DNA of 64,000 nt from Candidatus Uhrbacteria bacterium (GTDB lineage: Bacteria; Patescibacteriota; Patescibacteriia; JACQRZ01), in assembly GCA_016206155.1 (NCBI GenBank), contig JACQSC010000004.1, forward strand, positions 7,450 through 71,449, read 5' to 3'. Below the pieces are notes generated by a model, which saw only the letters and a program-made list of their open reading frames with translations, did not search any database and was not told the DNA's origin. A program made the translations under genes and the position numbers. Shown piece after piece: positions 18,334-27,656 of this stretch (within the stretch, counting starts at the first letter, position 1; each line of letters begins with the position of its first letter).

Positions 18334-18588
18334 ATGTATTATGTGTACATAATCCAAAGTATCAGTACTGGCGGATGGTATATAGGCAGTTCAGGTGATC
18401 CCGCACGAAGACTCTATGAGCATAATAGAGGAACAACGCGTTCGACAAAACCATTCATTCCATATAAACTCATATACACTGAAAAATATTCTACGAAAGA
18501 CGAGGCGTTGAAGCGTGAATTTTTGATAAAAAAATCAGGCAGAATCCGTAAGGAATTAAAAACGAAAATATCCGGCCCTATCGTCTAG
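18334..18588 (+). CDS. small GIY-YIG nuclease
   Basis: YYVYII..YIG....RRL.EHN.G....TK...P..L.Y.E......AL.RE; last codons and stop lie inside tRNA-Glu. Confidence 0.92.
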   Translation: MYYVYIIQSISTGGWYIGSSGDPARRLYEHNRGTTRSTKPFIPYKLIYTEKYSTKDEALKREFLIKKSGRIRKELKTKISGPIV

Positions 18589-18648
18589 TGGTTAGGACGA
18601 CAGGTTCTCATCCTGTAAACCGGAGTTCGATTCTCCGTGGGGCTACCA
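18574..18648 (+). tRNA. tRNA-Glu(CTC)
   Basis: Cloverleaf; anticodon stem ACAGG/CCTGT, loop TT-CTC-AT, GTTCGA T-loop, encoded CCA. Confidence 0.95.
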
Positions 18649-18704
18649 GCACAAAACAATACTTGATAGTAAGATCCCCTGAAAAATCTCTCCCGTAAAA
18701 AGTT

Positions 18705-19235
18705 ATGCAAAAAATGTATTTTATCAGTGGCGTTTCCGGTGTAGGCAAAACCGTTGTTATGGAGCATCTCAAATCGCTCTTATCGGATGGCTATGAAGTT
18801 CACGACTTTGATGAACGTGGTGTTCCTGATAACGCAGACCATACATGGCGATTAGATGAAACACGAAACTGGATAGCTCTTGGGCACAAGAAAGCTGAAG
18901 AAAATATTAAGCTCGTCATTTGCGGATTTTCAAATCCTGACGAAATAGATGAGATAGTGAAGGAATTTCCCAACCTAAAAGTACAGACAATCTTACTGGA
19001 TGGAGAGGATTCTATCATTGAACAACGTCTGCGAAAACGCAACGAGGACACCGCCGCAAGAGTAGACCTGGAGCGTGCGGTAGGACGATCTGCGGATGCA
19101 TTCATAGAGAGCAATACGAAATTCGTTCCCATCTTGCGAGAAATATGTCATCGCCACAATTGTCCCACAATCGACACATCTCATCTGGATCCGGAGATGG
19201 TTGCAGAGAGAGTTGCGGGGCTCATAGAGCAATGA
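18705..19235 (+). CDS. P-loop nucleotide kinase-like protein
   Basis: N-terminal ISGVSGVGKT Walker A, RL..R lid, IDTS near C-terminus. Confidence 0.7.
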   Translation: MQKMYFISGVSGVGKTVVMEHLKSLLSDGYEVHDFDERGVPDNADHTWRLDETRNWIALGHKKAEENIKLVICGFSNPDEIDEIVKEFPNLKVQTILLDGEDSIIEQRLRKRNEDTAARVDLERAVGRSADAFIESNTKFVPILREICHRHNCPTIDTSHLDPEMVAERVAGLIEQ

Positions 19236-19297
19236 TGCGGTAGATAACAAAACGTGTCCGTTGAATCTGGAACCATGATGTGATAGAATATAAAAAT

Positions 19298-19489
19298 ATG
19301 AATCAGACGAAGGAAAAAAAACTTACCCAAGCTCAAAACCGTTTTGTAAAACGTTTTATTGATATTGCCTATGAGAACATGGCAATTGAAAGAGAGGCGC
19401 CATTTTCGCGCAGGGAAGCGTATCAACGCTACCATAGAGACGCCCTTGATCTTATCGAGGATGGAACATATAAAACCATACGGTTTTAG
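19298..19489 (+). CDS. small hypothetical protein, possible Fic antitoxin
   Basis: TTGAAT-N17-TAGAAT promoter 8 nt upstream; ENMAIE resembles a FicA inhibitory motif. Confidence 0.4.
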   Translation: MNQTKEKKLTQAQNRFVKRFIDIAYENMAIEREAPFSRREAYQRYHRDALDLIEDGTYKTIRF

Positions 19490-19491
19490 CT

Positions 19492-19641
19492 ATGACAAAA
19501 ACCCCTGTCACCTATAAAGAAACATTGCAGGGTATTCTTACGGTGCGAGAGATTGAGAGTATTGTCATTGCCGCACGCCCTGTTGTACCACTGCGCCAGA
19601 TGAATGGATATATTTTTTACTCGCGATATAAAACGCAATAA
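19492..19641 (+). pseudogene. possible N-terminal remnant of a Fic-type toxin
   Basis: MTKTPVTYKETLQGILTVREIE starts 2 nt after the previous stop and runs into the antisense of the next gene. Confidence 0.25.
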
Positions 19642-20008
19642 CTGCCAAAACAAAACTAGCGTGTTCCACGGTGAATTCTGATCCGGCGATCATTTGAAAA
19701 ATACGATACCCCCCTCCAACCACTACAAGGTAAAGCGTCGCAAGTTTTGCGACCTCGCCACTATCTGTGATGATATATTTTTTATTCACATAGCGAGCGG
19801 AATACATCGCTCCGAGCCAATACACCAGGGGCATAAGAAGTAAATAGACAAAAGCGAGTAAGTCAACACCACGTTCAATGTTTTCGCCAAAACCTAATCT
19901 CAAGACTGCAACCATAATAAAATAGAGGATGAATGACGGGACGACACCGCCTGTCAACCAATGAGTAGCGGCGACATACCAACGCGCGGATTGTTTTTCT
20001 TCGCTCAT
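19565..20008 (-). CDS. hypothetical membrane protein
   Basis: 147 aa ORF with about 4 hydrophobic helices. Confidence 0.65.
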   Translation of the reverse strand: MSEEKQSARWYVAATHWLTGGVVPSFILYFIMVAVLRLGFGENIERGVDLLAFVYLLLMPLVYWLGAMYSARYVNKKYIITDSGEVAKLATLYLVVVGGGYRIFQMIAGSEFTVEHASFVLAVIAFYIASKKYIHSSGAVVQQGVRQ

Positions 20009-20013
20009 AGAAT

Positions 20014-20496
20014 TTAGAATGATTCACCTTTACAATTTGTTTGTGACTTAAAAACTTCTTCTGACAGAGCGGGAGTTTGGTATACTGTTTTCGATGAATC
20101 GATACAATAAAATTTATTCGAATGAGAGGATGTAATCCTAACCACATACATATCTTTTGTTGAAGCTACGGCGTAATCAAGCTGAATGTTTTTTTTCTTT
20201 TCCAGCGTGTCAATTATTTTTTGGATGGCATCATTATTATCTTGGTCCGCGGTAAAATTGGCGTAGCTTTGATTGTTTTTGTCATACCAATCATTAAACA
20301 TGAAGGGCATCCCCGACATTGCTACTTCTATTTCCGCATCAATGAGTTTTGCGCTGGCTTCTTGAGCAAAGGTATTCATCTCGGCCTCTTTATTTTCAAT
20401 AAAGGCCGTTTTATTTTCGACAAAGCGCGCTCCAAAAACAAGTACGAACAGAATAACAACGCCTATGCACAATACGATAATAACTTCCTTTTTCAT
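20014..20496 (-). CDS. hypothetical membrane-anchored protein
   Basis: N-terminal TM helix, C-terminal FYCIDS...C pair. Confidence 0.6.
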   Translation of the reverse strand: MKKEVIIVLCIGVVILFVLVFGARFVENKTAFIENKEAEMNTFAQEASAKLIDAEIEVAMSGMPFMFNDWYDKNNQSYANFTADQDNNDAIQKIIDTLEKKKNIQLDYAVASTKDMYVVRITSSHSNKFYCIDSSKTVYQTPALSEEVFKSQTNCKGESF

Positions 20497-20603
20497 AAAT
20501 GAGGTAAATCGAGTTAGTAGAATGATAGCGCTCTTTGAAATGACTGTTTTCCCCTGTTTCCCCTGGCCCTGTTTTCCGTTTTGCCCGATCCATGATATAA
20601 ATT

Positions 20604-20885
20604 TTATTCCCTATCAATAACTCTGTCCCTTCTCATACCATCAGCAATATACCTCTTCATAAGCGCTTGGTATGGCATATCGAGCACGTTCGCCCGCTCC
20701 TTTACGCCCGAAAGAATGTATTCGGGCAGTCTCAGTGAGATAGATCGCGTTGAGTGCCGAAGATTCGGGAATGATACGGGAATAAAATCGTTTTTCTCAA
20801 AATATTCAGAGAGATCGAGGTTAGAGAAAAACTCAAATTCTTTCTTCTTATTCTTCAGTTTTGGAACCGTAAATTTTTTCTTCAT
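20604..20885 (-). CDS. brnA: BrnA family (CopG-like) antitoxin
   Basis: FPNL..STRSISLRLP...L..VK..A...DMPYQAL.K. Confidence 0.85.
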   Translation of the reverse strand: MKKKFTVPKLKNKKKEFEFFSNLDLSEYFEKNDFIPVSFPNLRHSTRSISLRLPEYILSGVKERANVLDMPYQALMKRYIADGMRRDRVIDRE

Positions 20886-21168
20886 AGAGATATCGTTCCT
20901 TTCGATTCAAGTCCCGCGCGGAAATAACTCGAATCCGCTTATTTCTTATTGTGAATGCCACGTAGAGCGCGCGCGTCCTGGCAGTGCTGCCGATTAAAAT
21001 AAATCGCTCCTCCTTATTCGTGGAATGGCTCCGATTGTTGAAGATACGCTTCTGTGGGTCTGAAAAGATTTGCTCGCACTCAACAACGGTTACCCGATGC
21101 TTTTCCTGATTCTTTTGTATATTCCACTCGTCCCACTCAAATTCTTGATAGATGCTAAAATCAATCAT
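20848..21168 (-). CDS. brnT: BrnT family ribonuclease toxin
   Basis: FEWDE.N..KN.EKH.V, EERF..IG, IRVISAR; promoter TTGACA-N17-TACACT at 21203-21175. Confidence 0.92.
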   Translation of the reverse strand: MIDFSIYQEFEWDEWNIQKNQEKHRVTVVECEQIFSDPQKRIFNNRSHSTNKEERFILIGSTARTRALYVAFTIRNKRIRVISARDLNRKERYLYEEKIYGSKTEE

Positions 21169-21264
21169 ACACTAAGTGTATATCGCGTAGATATACTTGT
21201 CAAGGACGGTATTTAAAAAGAGGCAATACCGTCTTTGTCTGGTACGTACCGTTTCGGGTACTTT

Positions 21265-22080
21265 TCAGCTTCGCCGAGTTGAGGTAAGTCCCTGCATTGC
21301 CGCGATCAGTAAGAACGCACCGGCGCCGACAAGCACAATTGTTGCGCCAGAAGGCCAATCAAGCATATATGAAAGAGCAAGACCAAGTATGACGAAGCAT
21401 TCTGCCCCAACGATACTCCAGACAACCATCTTACGAAAGGACCGTGCGATCATCTTTGCAATGGACGGCGGTACAATGAGAAGCGCGCTGACAAGAATGA
21501 CTCCAAGCAATTTTACGCCCAATACTATTGCAACGGAGACAAGGATATAAAAAAGAAGGTCGAGAGGGCTCGTATTCACCCGATAGAGCCCTGCCGTTTC
21601 TCGATCAAGCGCAAGCAGCGCAAACTGCCGGAAGTAGGTAATAAGCACGCCGATAATACCTGCGGAGAGTGGAAGGATCACCCAAAGATCTTGAGCGCGT
21701 ATTGAAAGAATATTGCCAAACAGAAAGCTCAATAATTCCGGCTGATACCCTCGCTGCATGCTCATGAGGATCAGGCCGAATGAAAGCGCGCCGGTAAAAA
21801 GCACACCGACCAGTGCATCTGAAGAAATGGATGTCTTGCGCTCCAAAATATAGACCAGGATGCCGGTACTGACGCCGACCGCCAACGCGACCGGAAAAGG
21901 ATTCACGGCCGCAACAATACCGATAGCGATACCGGCAAGTGATGCGTGCGCAATGCCATCGCCCAAGAATGATAATTTTCTCAAGGTTACAAAGGTGCCT
22001 AGGAACGGCAAAACTGCGCCGAGCGCGAGTCCGGCGACAAGAGCTTTTTGCATGAATGGAAAAGTAAAGATGTCGAACAT
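21265..22080 (-). CDS. znuB: Zn/Mn ABC transporter permease
   Basis: LGDGIAHASLAG, FLFGNIL, GVILVSALLIVP; start placed after the REP-like element. Confidence 0.9.
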   Translation of the reverse strand: MFDIFTFPFMQKALVAGLALGAVLPFLGTFVTLRKLSFLGDGIAHASLAGIAIGIVAAVNPFPVALAVGVSTGILVYILERKTSISSDALVGVLFTGALSFGLILMSMQRGYQPELLSFLFGNILSIRAQDLWVILPLSAGIIGVLITYFRQFALLALDRETAGLYRVNTSPLDLLFYILVSVAIVLGVKLLGVILVSALLIVPPSIAKMIARSFRKMVVWSIVGAECFVILGLALSYMLDWPSGATIVLVGAGAFLLIAAMQGLTSTRRS

Positions 22081-22087
22081 TTTTAGT

Positions 22088-22115
22088 CTGGATCCCGGCC
22101 TTCGCCGGGATGACA
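22088..22115 (-). repeat. REP/dRS3-like 28-nt hairpin, copy 1
   Basis: TGTCATCCCGGCGAAGGCCGGGATCCAG on the mRNA strand; identical at 29577, one mismatch at 42701. Confidence 0.9.
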
Positions 22116-22116
22116 A

Positions 22117-22833
22117 TTACTCTTTGTGATGATAGTGGGCGGCTTCTTTTCCATACAGTTCCGTAAGCGTTTCTGCGGTGAACACATGTTCAGGCTTTCC
22201 ATCGCAGACAAGTTTTTTATTAACGCACAGAACAAGATCGGCAAAATTCGCAACAACATCCAATTCATGAGAAACCATTACGATTGTTGTGTTGTACTCA
22301 CGGTGGAGATACGCGATCAGTTCGTAAAATGTCTGCTCTCCTCCGACATCAACGCCTGAGACCGGCTCGTCAAGAAAAAGCACCGCCGGATCCGAGAGCA
22401 TCGCGCGACAGATAAGCACGCGTTGGAGCTGACCACCCGACAGTGTGCCCAAATGAATATCGGCGCGCCCATCCATATTGAGGCGATGAAGATATTCCAT
22501 AATCTCTGTGCGGCTTCGGCCCGGATGCGACATGTGCAAGATTTCAAAAACAGTGATGGGAAATGTTTTATCAAAGGAAAATCGCTGCGGTACATAACCA
22601 ATCAGCGTCCTGCTCTCCTTTGGCGGTTTGCCTAAGATCAGAACGTTTCCACCAGCCGGTGCGAGCAAACCAATCATTATTTTCAAAAGCGTTGTTTTTC
22701 CCGATCCGTTTGGCCCCACCAGCGCACAGATGCTTCCGTGGGGAATATCAAACGACACTCCTTCAAGCGTCTTCTCGGCGGAGGTATAGGAAAAGGATAG
22801 ATTGTGAACTTCGATGGCGTTGAGCGTCTTCAT
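22117..22833 (-). CDS. znuC: Zn/Mn ABC transporter ATP-binding protein
   Basis: GPNGSGKTT, IGYVPQ, LSGGQLQR, LDEP, VSH. Confidence 0.9.
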   Translation of the reverse strand: MKTLNAIEVHNLSFSYTSAEKTLEGVSFDIPHGSICALVGPNGSGKTTLLKIMIGLLAPAGGNVLILGKPPKESRTLIGYVPQRFSFDKTFPITVFEILHMSHPGRSRTEIMEYLHRLNMDGRADIHLGTLSGGQLQRVLICRAMLSDPAVLFLDEPVSGVDVGGEQTFYELIAYLHREYNTTIVMVSHELDVVANFADLVLCVNKKLVCDGKPEHVFTAETLTELYGKEAAHYHHKE

Positions 22834-22837
22834 TGGA

Positions 22838-23755
22838 TTACTTTCTGCTCGCACGCACGGCACCAAGCACCTGTTCTGCATTATACCTCATGAGTTCTCC
22901 ATACGTAAGCCGTCCGGGTACACCACCCAATGGATCAAGTGTTGCGATGCCGAGATTGTTCTCTTCGGCAAAACTCTTGACAGCAGATGATGAGAGCTGC
23001 GGTTCGATAAAAAATGTTGCAATCTTTTTTTCCTTAACGACGTTTGCCAATTGGGCGAGATGGCGCGGGGTTGGCTCCTCTGCCACAAAGGGCTCGAACG
23101 CGCCGGCTATTGTCAGTCCGAGATTTTCGGCAAAGTAAAACCACGCGTCGTGGAACACTAAAATCGGCGCTCCGCGATAGGGTTCCATCTGTGCTTGCAG
23201 CTCTTGTTCCGCGCGCGCTAAATCGTTCTTGAGCTTCTCTGCATTCTCGCGATACATTGATGCATTCTCTTGATCAAGAATACTCAAATACTCTGCGATG
23301 GTGTCGGTGATGATGCGCGCGTTTCCAAAATGTAACCAGTAGTGCGGGTCACTCGGCCCTTCATCCTTCTCAATACTCTCACGAATCTGAACGCCTCGAT
23401 CAACGATGGCAATAGAACTCCCCGGGATGGCATTGGTAACCTGAAGCGCCCACGCATCAAGACCGTGCCCAACAGCAAAAATCGTCTTTACACCGGAAAG
23501 ATCGGAAAGAATTTTTGGCGTCAGTTCAAAGTTGTGTTCCAGTGCGCCTGGCGGGACAATCAGTGCGACATCCGCATTGGAACCGGCAACCGTTCGAACC
23601 AGATCATAGAGCGGATAGATGGTTGCCGCAACGCGCAATCTCAGCGATTGAGGCGCCATCTGTTCACGAGGATTTTTTTGAAAAACAAGAACGCCTGCGC
23701 CCATAAGCACAAGAATTCCCAAAACGACGAGAGTAAAACGATAACCGTGCACCAT
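22838..23755 (-). CDS. znuA: Zn/Mn ABC transporter substrate-binding protein
   Basis: PPGALEH.FE, DPHYWL, FHDAWFYF, LDPLG. Confidence 0.9.
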   Translation of the reverse strand: MVHGYRFTLVVLGILVLMGAGVLVFQKNPREQMAPQSLRLRVAATIYPLYDLVRTVAGSNADVALIVPPGALEHNFELTPKILSDLSGVKTIFAVGHGLDAWALQVTNAIPGSSIAIVDRGVQIRESIEKDEGPSDPHYWLHFGNARIITDTIAEYLSILDQENASMYRENAEKLKNDLARAEQELQAQMEPYRGAPILVFHDAWFYFAENLGLTIAGAFEPFVAEEPTPRHLAQLANVVKEKKIATFFIEPQLSSSAVKSFAEENNLGIATLDPLGGVPGRLTYGELMRYNAEQVLGAVRASRK

Positions 23756-23783
23756 ACAATAATTGAATCATTATGATACAATT

Positions 23784-23813
23784 ATTCTAATGCAAATTAG
23801 TTGCATTTGTCAA
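23784..23813 (-). promoter_or_regulatory. znuA promoter with Fur/Zur-type palindrome in the spacer
   Basis: TTGACA-N18-TAGAAT; AATGCAA-N5-TTGCATT at 23789-23807. Confidence 0.65.
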
Positions 23814-23863
23814 ATGTCGCGTTACTGCAGAGAACACCCCGCTGGCTTGCTGCAGGCGTGAGT

Positions 23864-24535
23864 TTACTCAAAAATCTGAGATTTCAATTTTTTTGCTTCC
23901 TCGACAAAAAAGTTTTTCCACTCCTGGTGATCGATTGGCTTGAGCATGCGCGGATAGTCGACCATCTCCGATGCTTCAATCAATCGAGCGCCAAGATCAA
24001 TGGCGGATAGATGCCAATCAAATTTTGCTTTTGCCTGGAGAAAAAGATGCTCAAACGTATATCACTTCTTTCGGATGATAAAAAAGAGGTCGATATAATC
24101 GCGCGCGCGCGCTTTGAGGACAATGGTATGAACCTTATCAACCGCAATGTCATAGATGCTCTCTATTTCAAGATTTCCAAACAAAACACCCTTCTCAATT
24201 CTTTGAAAGGGATAGTAGTTAAAGTCAACTTTTAACACTTCCCCGTCGTTGAAATGTAAAAAAAATGAATGGAGACCAAGAAAACGCTTTGTTTCAATCG
24301 AGGCGATTGAAAGCTTGGAGGCAGTCCTGCCAAAAAACTCTGAAACGCGTAATGGATTCACCTCACTCTTTTCGGTAAAGAGATTGAGGTCTTCCGAGTC
24401 GCGATGGTGGAGATAAAATTCGGAAAGCGCCGTACCACCTGCGAGATAATACCGCGCGGTAAAATACGGTTCATTGGCAATGTGTTCGAGAACTTCTTTC
24501 TGATGTGGCGTTAGGATCGATGGTGGTTTGGCCAT
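23864..24535 (-). pseudogene. AbiEii/AbiGii-type nucleotidyltransferase toxin with internal TGA
   Basis: YLAGGTAL..YLHHR.SEDLNLF and RDYIDL; frame stays open after TGA (24062-64) to TAA at 23864. Confidence 0.8.
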
Positions 24536-24729
24536 AGCAATAGTTCAAGATATCTCCGATAAGCAGGATCAATCCGGTCAGAAATGATCGGCCAATACTT
24601 TTTTAGTTCCCGCTCGTTTAGCTTATCTCCCTCTTCACCATAATGAATCATCTGCTCTAGGCGCCAAATTTTGTACTTCTCGGGATCGGCTTTTTTCATT
24701 GCCTCCTCATCAACTGACCAATTATACAT
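24511..24729 (-). CDS. small protein upstream of AbiEii-like gene, putative antitoxin
   Basis: 72 aa, overlaps the toxin start; TGnTATACT upstream. Confidence 0.65.
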   Translation of the reverse strand: MYNWSVDEEAMKKADPEKYKIWRLEQMIHYGEEGDKLNERELKKYWPIISDRIDPAYRRYLELLLWPNHHRS

Positions 24730-24964
24730 AGATCGTTCATTATGAATACTTTAAGTATAGCATAGATCAACAGGAAAATCAAAGCAGTCAACGGCAGTAA
24801 AAAATGCTCAGCCCTCCTTCTCGACGACCGGTAGTAAAATAACATCTGTCAGAGTCGGCAAATGGGTGCTCCCATCACTACTCAATCGTCCTCATTACAA
24901 TAAAATCGTATTGCAAATAGCTCAATTTGTCGATAGGATACATGCAGAACTAATTTTTTACTGG

Positions 24965-25282
24965 ATGAAAAAAATATCTGTGTGCCATGGAAAAAAATGC
25001 GGGTACGCTGGCGCCGTACAGCTCATGCAAACACTCAAAAATGAATATGAGAGCGGGGGTGTTCCAGTTGAAGAGCGCGGATGTTGCGGCCGCTGCGAGC
25101 GGCATAACACGATTGTCGTGCTGGACGACAACAATACTGAGATTATCGTCAGCGACTTAAACCCCTCAACCATTCAAGAGCAATTTATCGATAACCCCGC
25201 AATCGCAATTGCGCGCGAGAGAGAGGAAAACGCTACCGCGACCGCAAAACTGGACGCGGCGCTTAACGATGATATACTATAA
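24965..25282 (+). CDS. thioredoxin-like [2Fe-2S] ferredoxin domain protein
   Basis: I.VCHGKKC...GA ... GCCGRC cysteine pattern. Confidence 0.7.
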   Translation: MKKISVCHGKKCGYAGAVQLMQTLKNEYESGGVPVEERGCCGRCERHNTIVVLDDNNTEIIVSDLNPSTIQEQFIDNPAIAIAREREENATATAKLDAALNDDIL

Positions 25283-25287
25283 ATAGT

Positions 25288-25713
25288 ATGGGCTTGTTTT
25301 CAAAAAAATCATCCTCCGCAAAAAATGTTCCGGCGATGCCGCCGTTGTTTACTGATGCGCGACAGGAGGGTCGCCACTGGAGTCTGTTTGACGAGGGACA
25401 GCTGCTTGTCGACATGTATGAGACTGACGACATGATTGTCATCCGCTCATTTGTTGCCGGGGTTGATCCGGATCATATAGAGATTTCGATGCATAACGAT
25501 ATGCTCACCATCCGCGGTACTCGACAGGATATGGAGGAAATTCACGATGATCGATTCTACCACCGCGAATGCCATTGGGGAACTTTTTCCCGCTCGGTCA
25601 TTATTCCAAAAACAATCGATCCGGACCGCATTCGCGCCCTCTTCAAAAATGGTGTTGTTACAATTCTTTTGCCAAAAGCACATCCGAATGAACCATCCGT
25701 CTCCTCATCGTAA
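25288..25713 (+). CDS. Hsp20/alpha-crystallin small heat shock protein
   Basis: VDMYET, LTIRGTR, EC.WG.FSRS..IP, A.FKNGVV.I.LPK. Confidence 0.92.
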   Translation: MGLFSKKSSSAKNVPAMPPLFTDARQEGRHWSLFDEGQLLVDMYETDDMIVIRSFVAGVDPDHIEISMHNDMLTIRGTRQDMEEIHDDRFYHRECHWGTFSRSVIIPKTIDPDRIRALFKNGVVTILLPKAHPNEPSVSSS

Positions 25714-27619
25714 TAGAAGGGGCGCGCTCATTGCCGCGGCGATGCTCACTCTTGTCTTTATCGGAGGGATTGTTTTTCTTTGGTCATACGATGTGTGGTA
25801 TCAAGGGAAAATCATGCCCGGTGTTATGATGGGCAAGCGAATAGTTGGTTCATATAGCCCAGAATACACCGACGATATGCTCGAAGCGTATAGAGAGCGC
25901 CTCCGCCTCCAGGGCGCAGTATTCTCATTTAAAGGAAAAAACGTAACACTTTATTCAGTTCCCACCACACTCAATGCAGATATTCCAATCCAGACAACGG
26001 ATTACCTTTTTGACATTAACAGCGACGCAACCATTGCATCGCTGATGGCGGTTGGGCGCACCGGCTCGCTCCAACGGCAACACGTTGATCGCATGCGCAG
26101 CGCAATCGCAAAGACCTCAATTGCACCCGTCATCACAATCGACCGACAGCGCGTCATTGATCAACTAAAAAAAGAATTCTCCTTTTTCCATACACCGGCC
26201 ACAAACGCGCGCTTCGCCACTGATGAGAAAGGCGCCATCACAATAACGCCTGAGACTCGCGGCATTGAGTTTGATTACGATAAAGCGCTTGCCTCCCTTG
26301 CCGTTCAACTTTCCTCGCTGGAGCAGCCAACCATTCATCTTGACGAAGGCGCAACACTCCCCGACATCACAACACGGGACCTCGAGAGCGTGCGGAGCGG
26401 TGTCGAGCAGTTGATTGCCGAACCGCTCGAGATTACGTTTGAGAATAAAGAATCCGACCCACCACAAAAGCGCGCGTGGACACTTTCCGGGACACTTTTG
26501 TTGTCATGGGTAAAACCACAGCGGTCATCTGGTGGGCAGGCCGAAATTCAATTTGATCGGGGAGCGATAAGCGACTATCTCAAAGAGAAGATTGCTCCCG
26601 ATGTGCGCGTTGACGTCGTGCATCCTCGATTTGAGATGAAGAATGGCCGTGTTGTCGCATTTGATATTCCGCGTGACGGACGAGAGCTCGACAGCGAGAA
26701 AACAGCTGATGTGATTAGTGCATCGCTGACCGATCGACGTATTTCCGCTCAGATTGTTGTTCGCACAATCCAGTCCCCGTTTCGCCAGAGTGCGGACTCC
26801 GAGCCGGTCATTAAGGAGCTCCTCTCCCGCGCGGAAACAGACTTTTCAGGAAGTTCTAAAAATAGAGTGGCTAACATTGCGCGCGGCGCCGAGCTTATCA
26901 ATGGAATTCTTCTCGCGCCCGGCGAAGAATTCTCAACGAACAAAGCCTTGGGGGATGTTGATGCCGCGCACGGATTTTTTCCCGGATTGGTCATTAAGGG
27001 AACGGAGACCGTGCCGGAATACGGAGGCGGCTTGTGCCAGGTTTCAACAACACTTTTCCGCGCCGTGGCATTTGCCGGACTCGAGGTGCGTGAACGCAGG
27101 AATCACTCATACCGCGTATCATTCTATGAGCCACCCGTAGGGTTTGACGCAACGATTTATGGCACGTCGCCTGACTTTCGATTCAAGAATGATACCCCTT
27201 CGCATCTTCTCATCCAAGCACGAACCGTGGGCAACAAAATGATCGTTGAGTTCTGGGGGAGCAAAGATGGCAGAACGGTTGAAGTGGATACTCCGCGTGT
27301 CTTTAACATAAAAAAAGCCGGCCCGCCGAAACTCATTGAAACCGACGAGCTTGCGCCCGGTGAAAAAAATTGCACAGAAAAAGCACATAACGGCGCCGAT
27401 GCGGTGTTTGAGCGCCGCATTACGTACGCCGACGGAACCACAAAAAAAGAAACCTATAAAAGCCACTATGTTGTGTGGCCGGCGGTCTGCCTGATTGGAA
27501 AAGCAAAGGAAGATCCACCTCCACCTGATTCGAGTGCGCAAGAGAATACATCATCATCCGCTCAAGCTATTTTTTCGGACAGCCAAAAACAAGAATCGGC
27601 GCCAACGCAAGCACCGTGA
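25688..27619 (+). CDS. VanW family protein with peptidoglycan-binding domains
   Basis: TM anchor; NR..NI, PGEEFS.N, YGGGLCQVSTTLFRA, ERRNHS, DATIY, DFRFKNDT. Confidence 0.9.
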   Translation: MNHPSPHRNRRGALIAAAMLTLVFIGGIVFLWSYDVWYQGKIMPGVMMGKRIVGSYSPEYTDDMLEAYRERLRLQGAVFSFKGKNVTLYSVPTTLNADIPIQTTDYLFDINSDATIASLMAVGRTGSLQRQHVDRMRSAIAKTSIAPVITIDRQRVIDQLKKEFSFFHTPATNARFATDEKGAITITPETRGIEFDYDKALASLAVQLSSLEQPTIHLDEGATLPDITTRDLESVRSGVEQLIAEPLEITFENKESDPPQKRAWTLSGTLLLSWVKPQRSSGGQAEIQFDRGAISDYLKEKIAPDVRVDVVHPRFEMKNGRVVAFDIPRDGRELDSEKTADVISASLTDRRISAQIVVRTIQSPFRQSADSEPVIKELLSRAETDFSGSSKNRVANIARGAELINGILLAPGEEFSTNKALGDVDAAHGFFPGLVIKGTETVPEYGGGLCQVSTTLFRAVAFAGLEVRERRNHSYRVSFYEPPVGFDATIYGTSPDFRFKNDTPSHLLIQARTVGNKMIVEFWGSKDGRTVEVDTPRVFNIKKAGPPKLIETDELAPGEKNCTEKAHNGADAVFERRITYADGTTKKETYKSHYVVWPAVCLIGKAKEDPPPPDSSAQENTSSSAQAIFSDSQKQESAPTQAP

Positions 27620-27656
27620 AATTAAAAAAACGGCTTTGTGGCCGTTTCTTTAATTT
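27619..27656. terminator. bidirectional terminator-like hairpin
   Basis: AAATTAAAAAAACGGC-TTTGTG-GCCGTTTCTTTAATTT. Confidence 0.6.

Noticed and set aside
18221-18648. Group I intron with homing endonuclease in tRNA-Glu
   Set aside because: The downstream tRNA is complete, so no splicing is needed, and there is no room for a group I catalytic core outside the ORF.
22081-22116. Shared N-terminal peptide MSSRRRPGS on ZnuB and the dehydrogenase (29558-29605)
   Set aside because: Artefact of ORF extension into the REP-like hairpin; real starts are at 22080 and 29557.
24062-24064. UGA recoded as Gly (genetic code 25) suggested by the in-frame TGA
   Set aside because: def, rarA, rpsA and brnA end at TGA at their expected C-termini, and long genes have no internal TGA.
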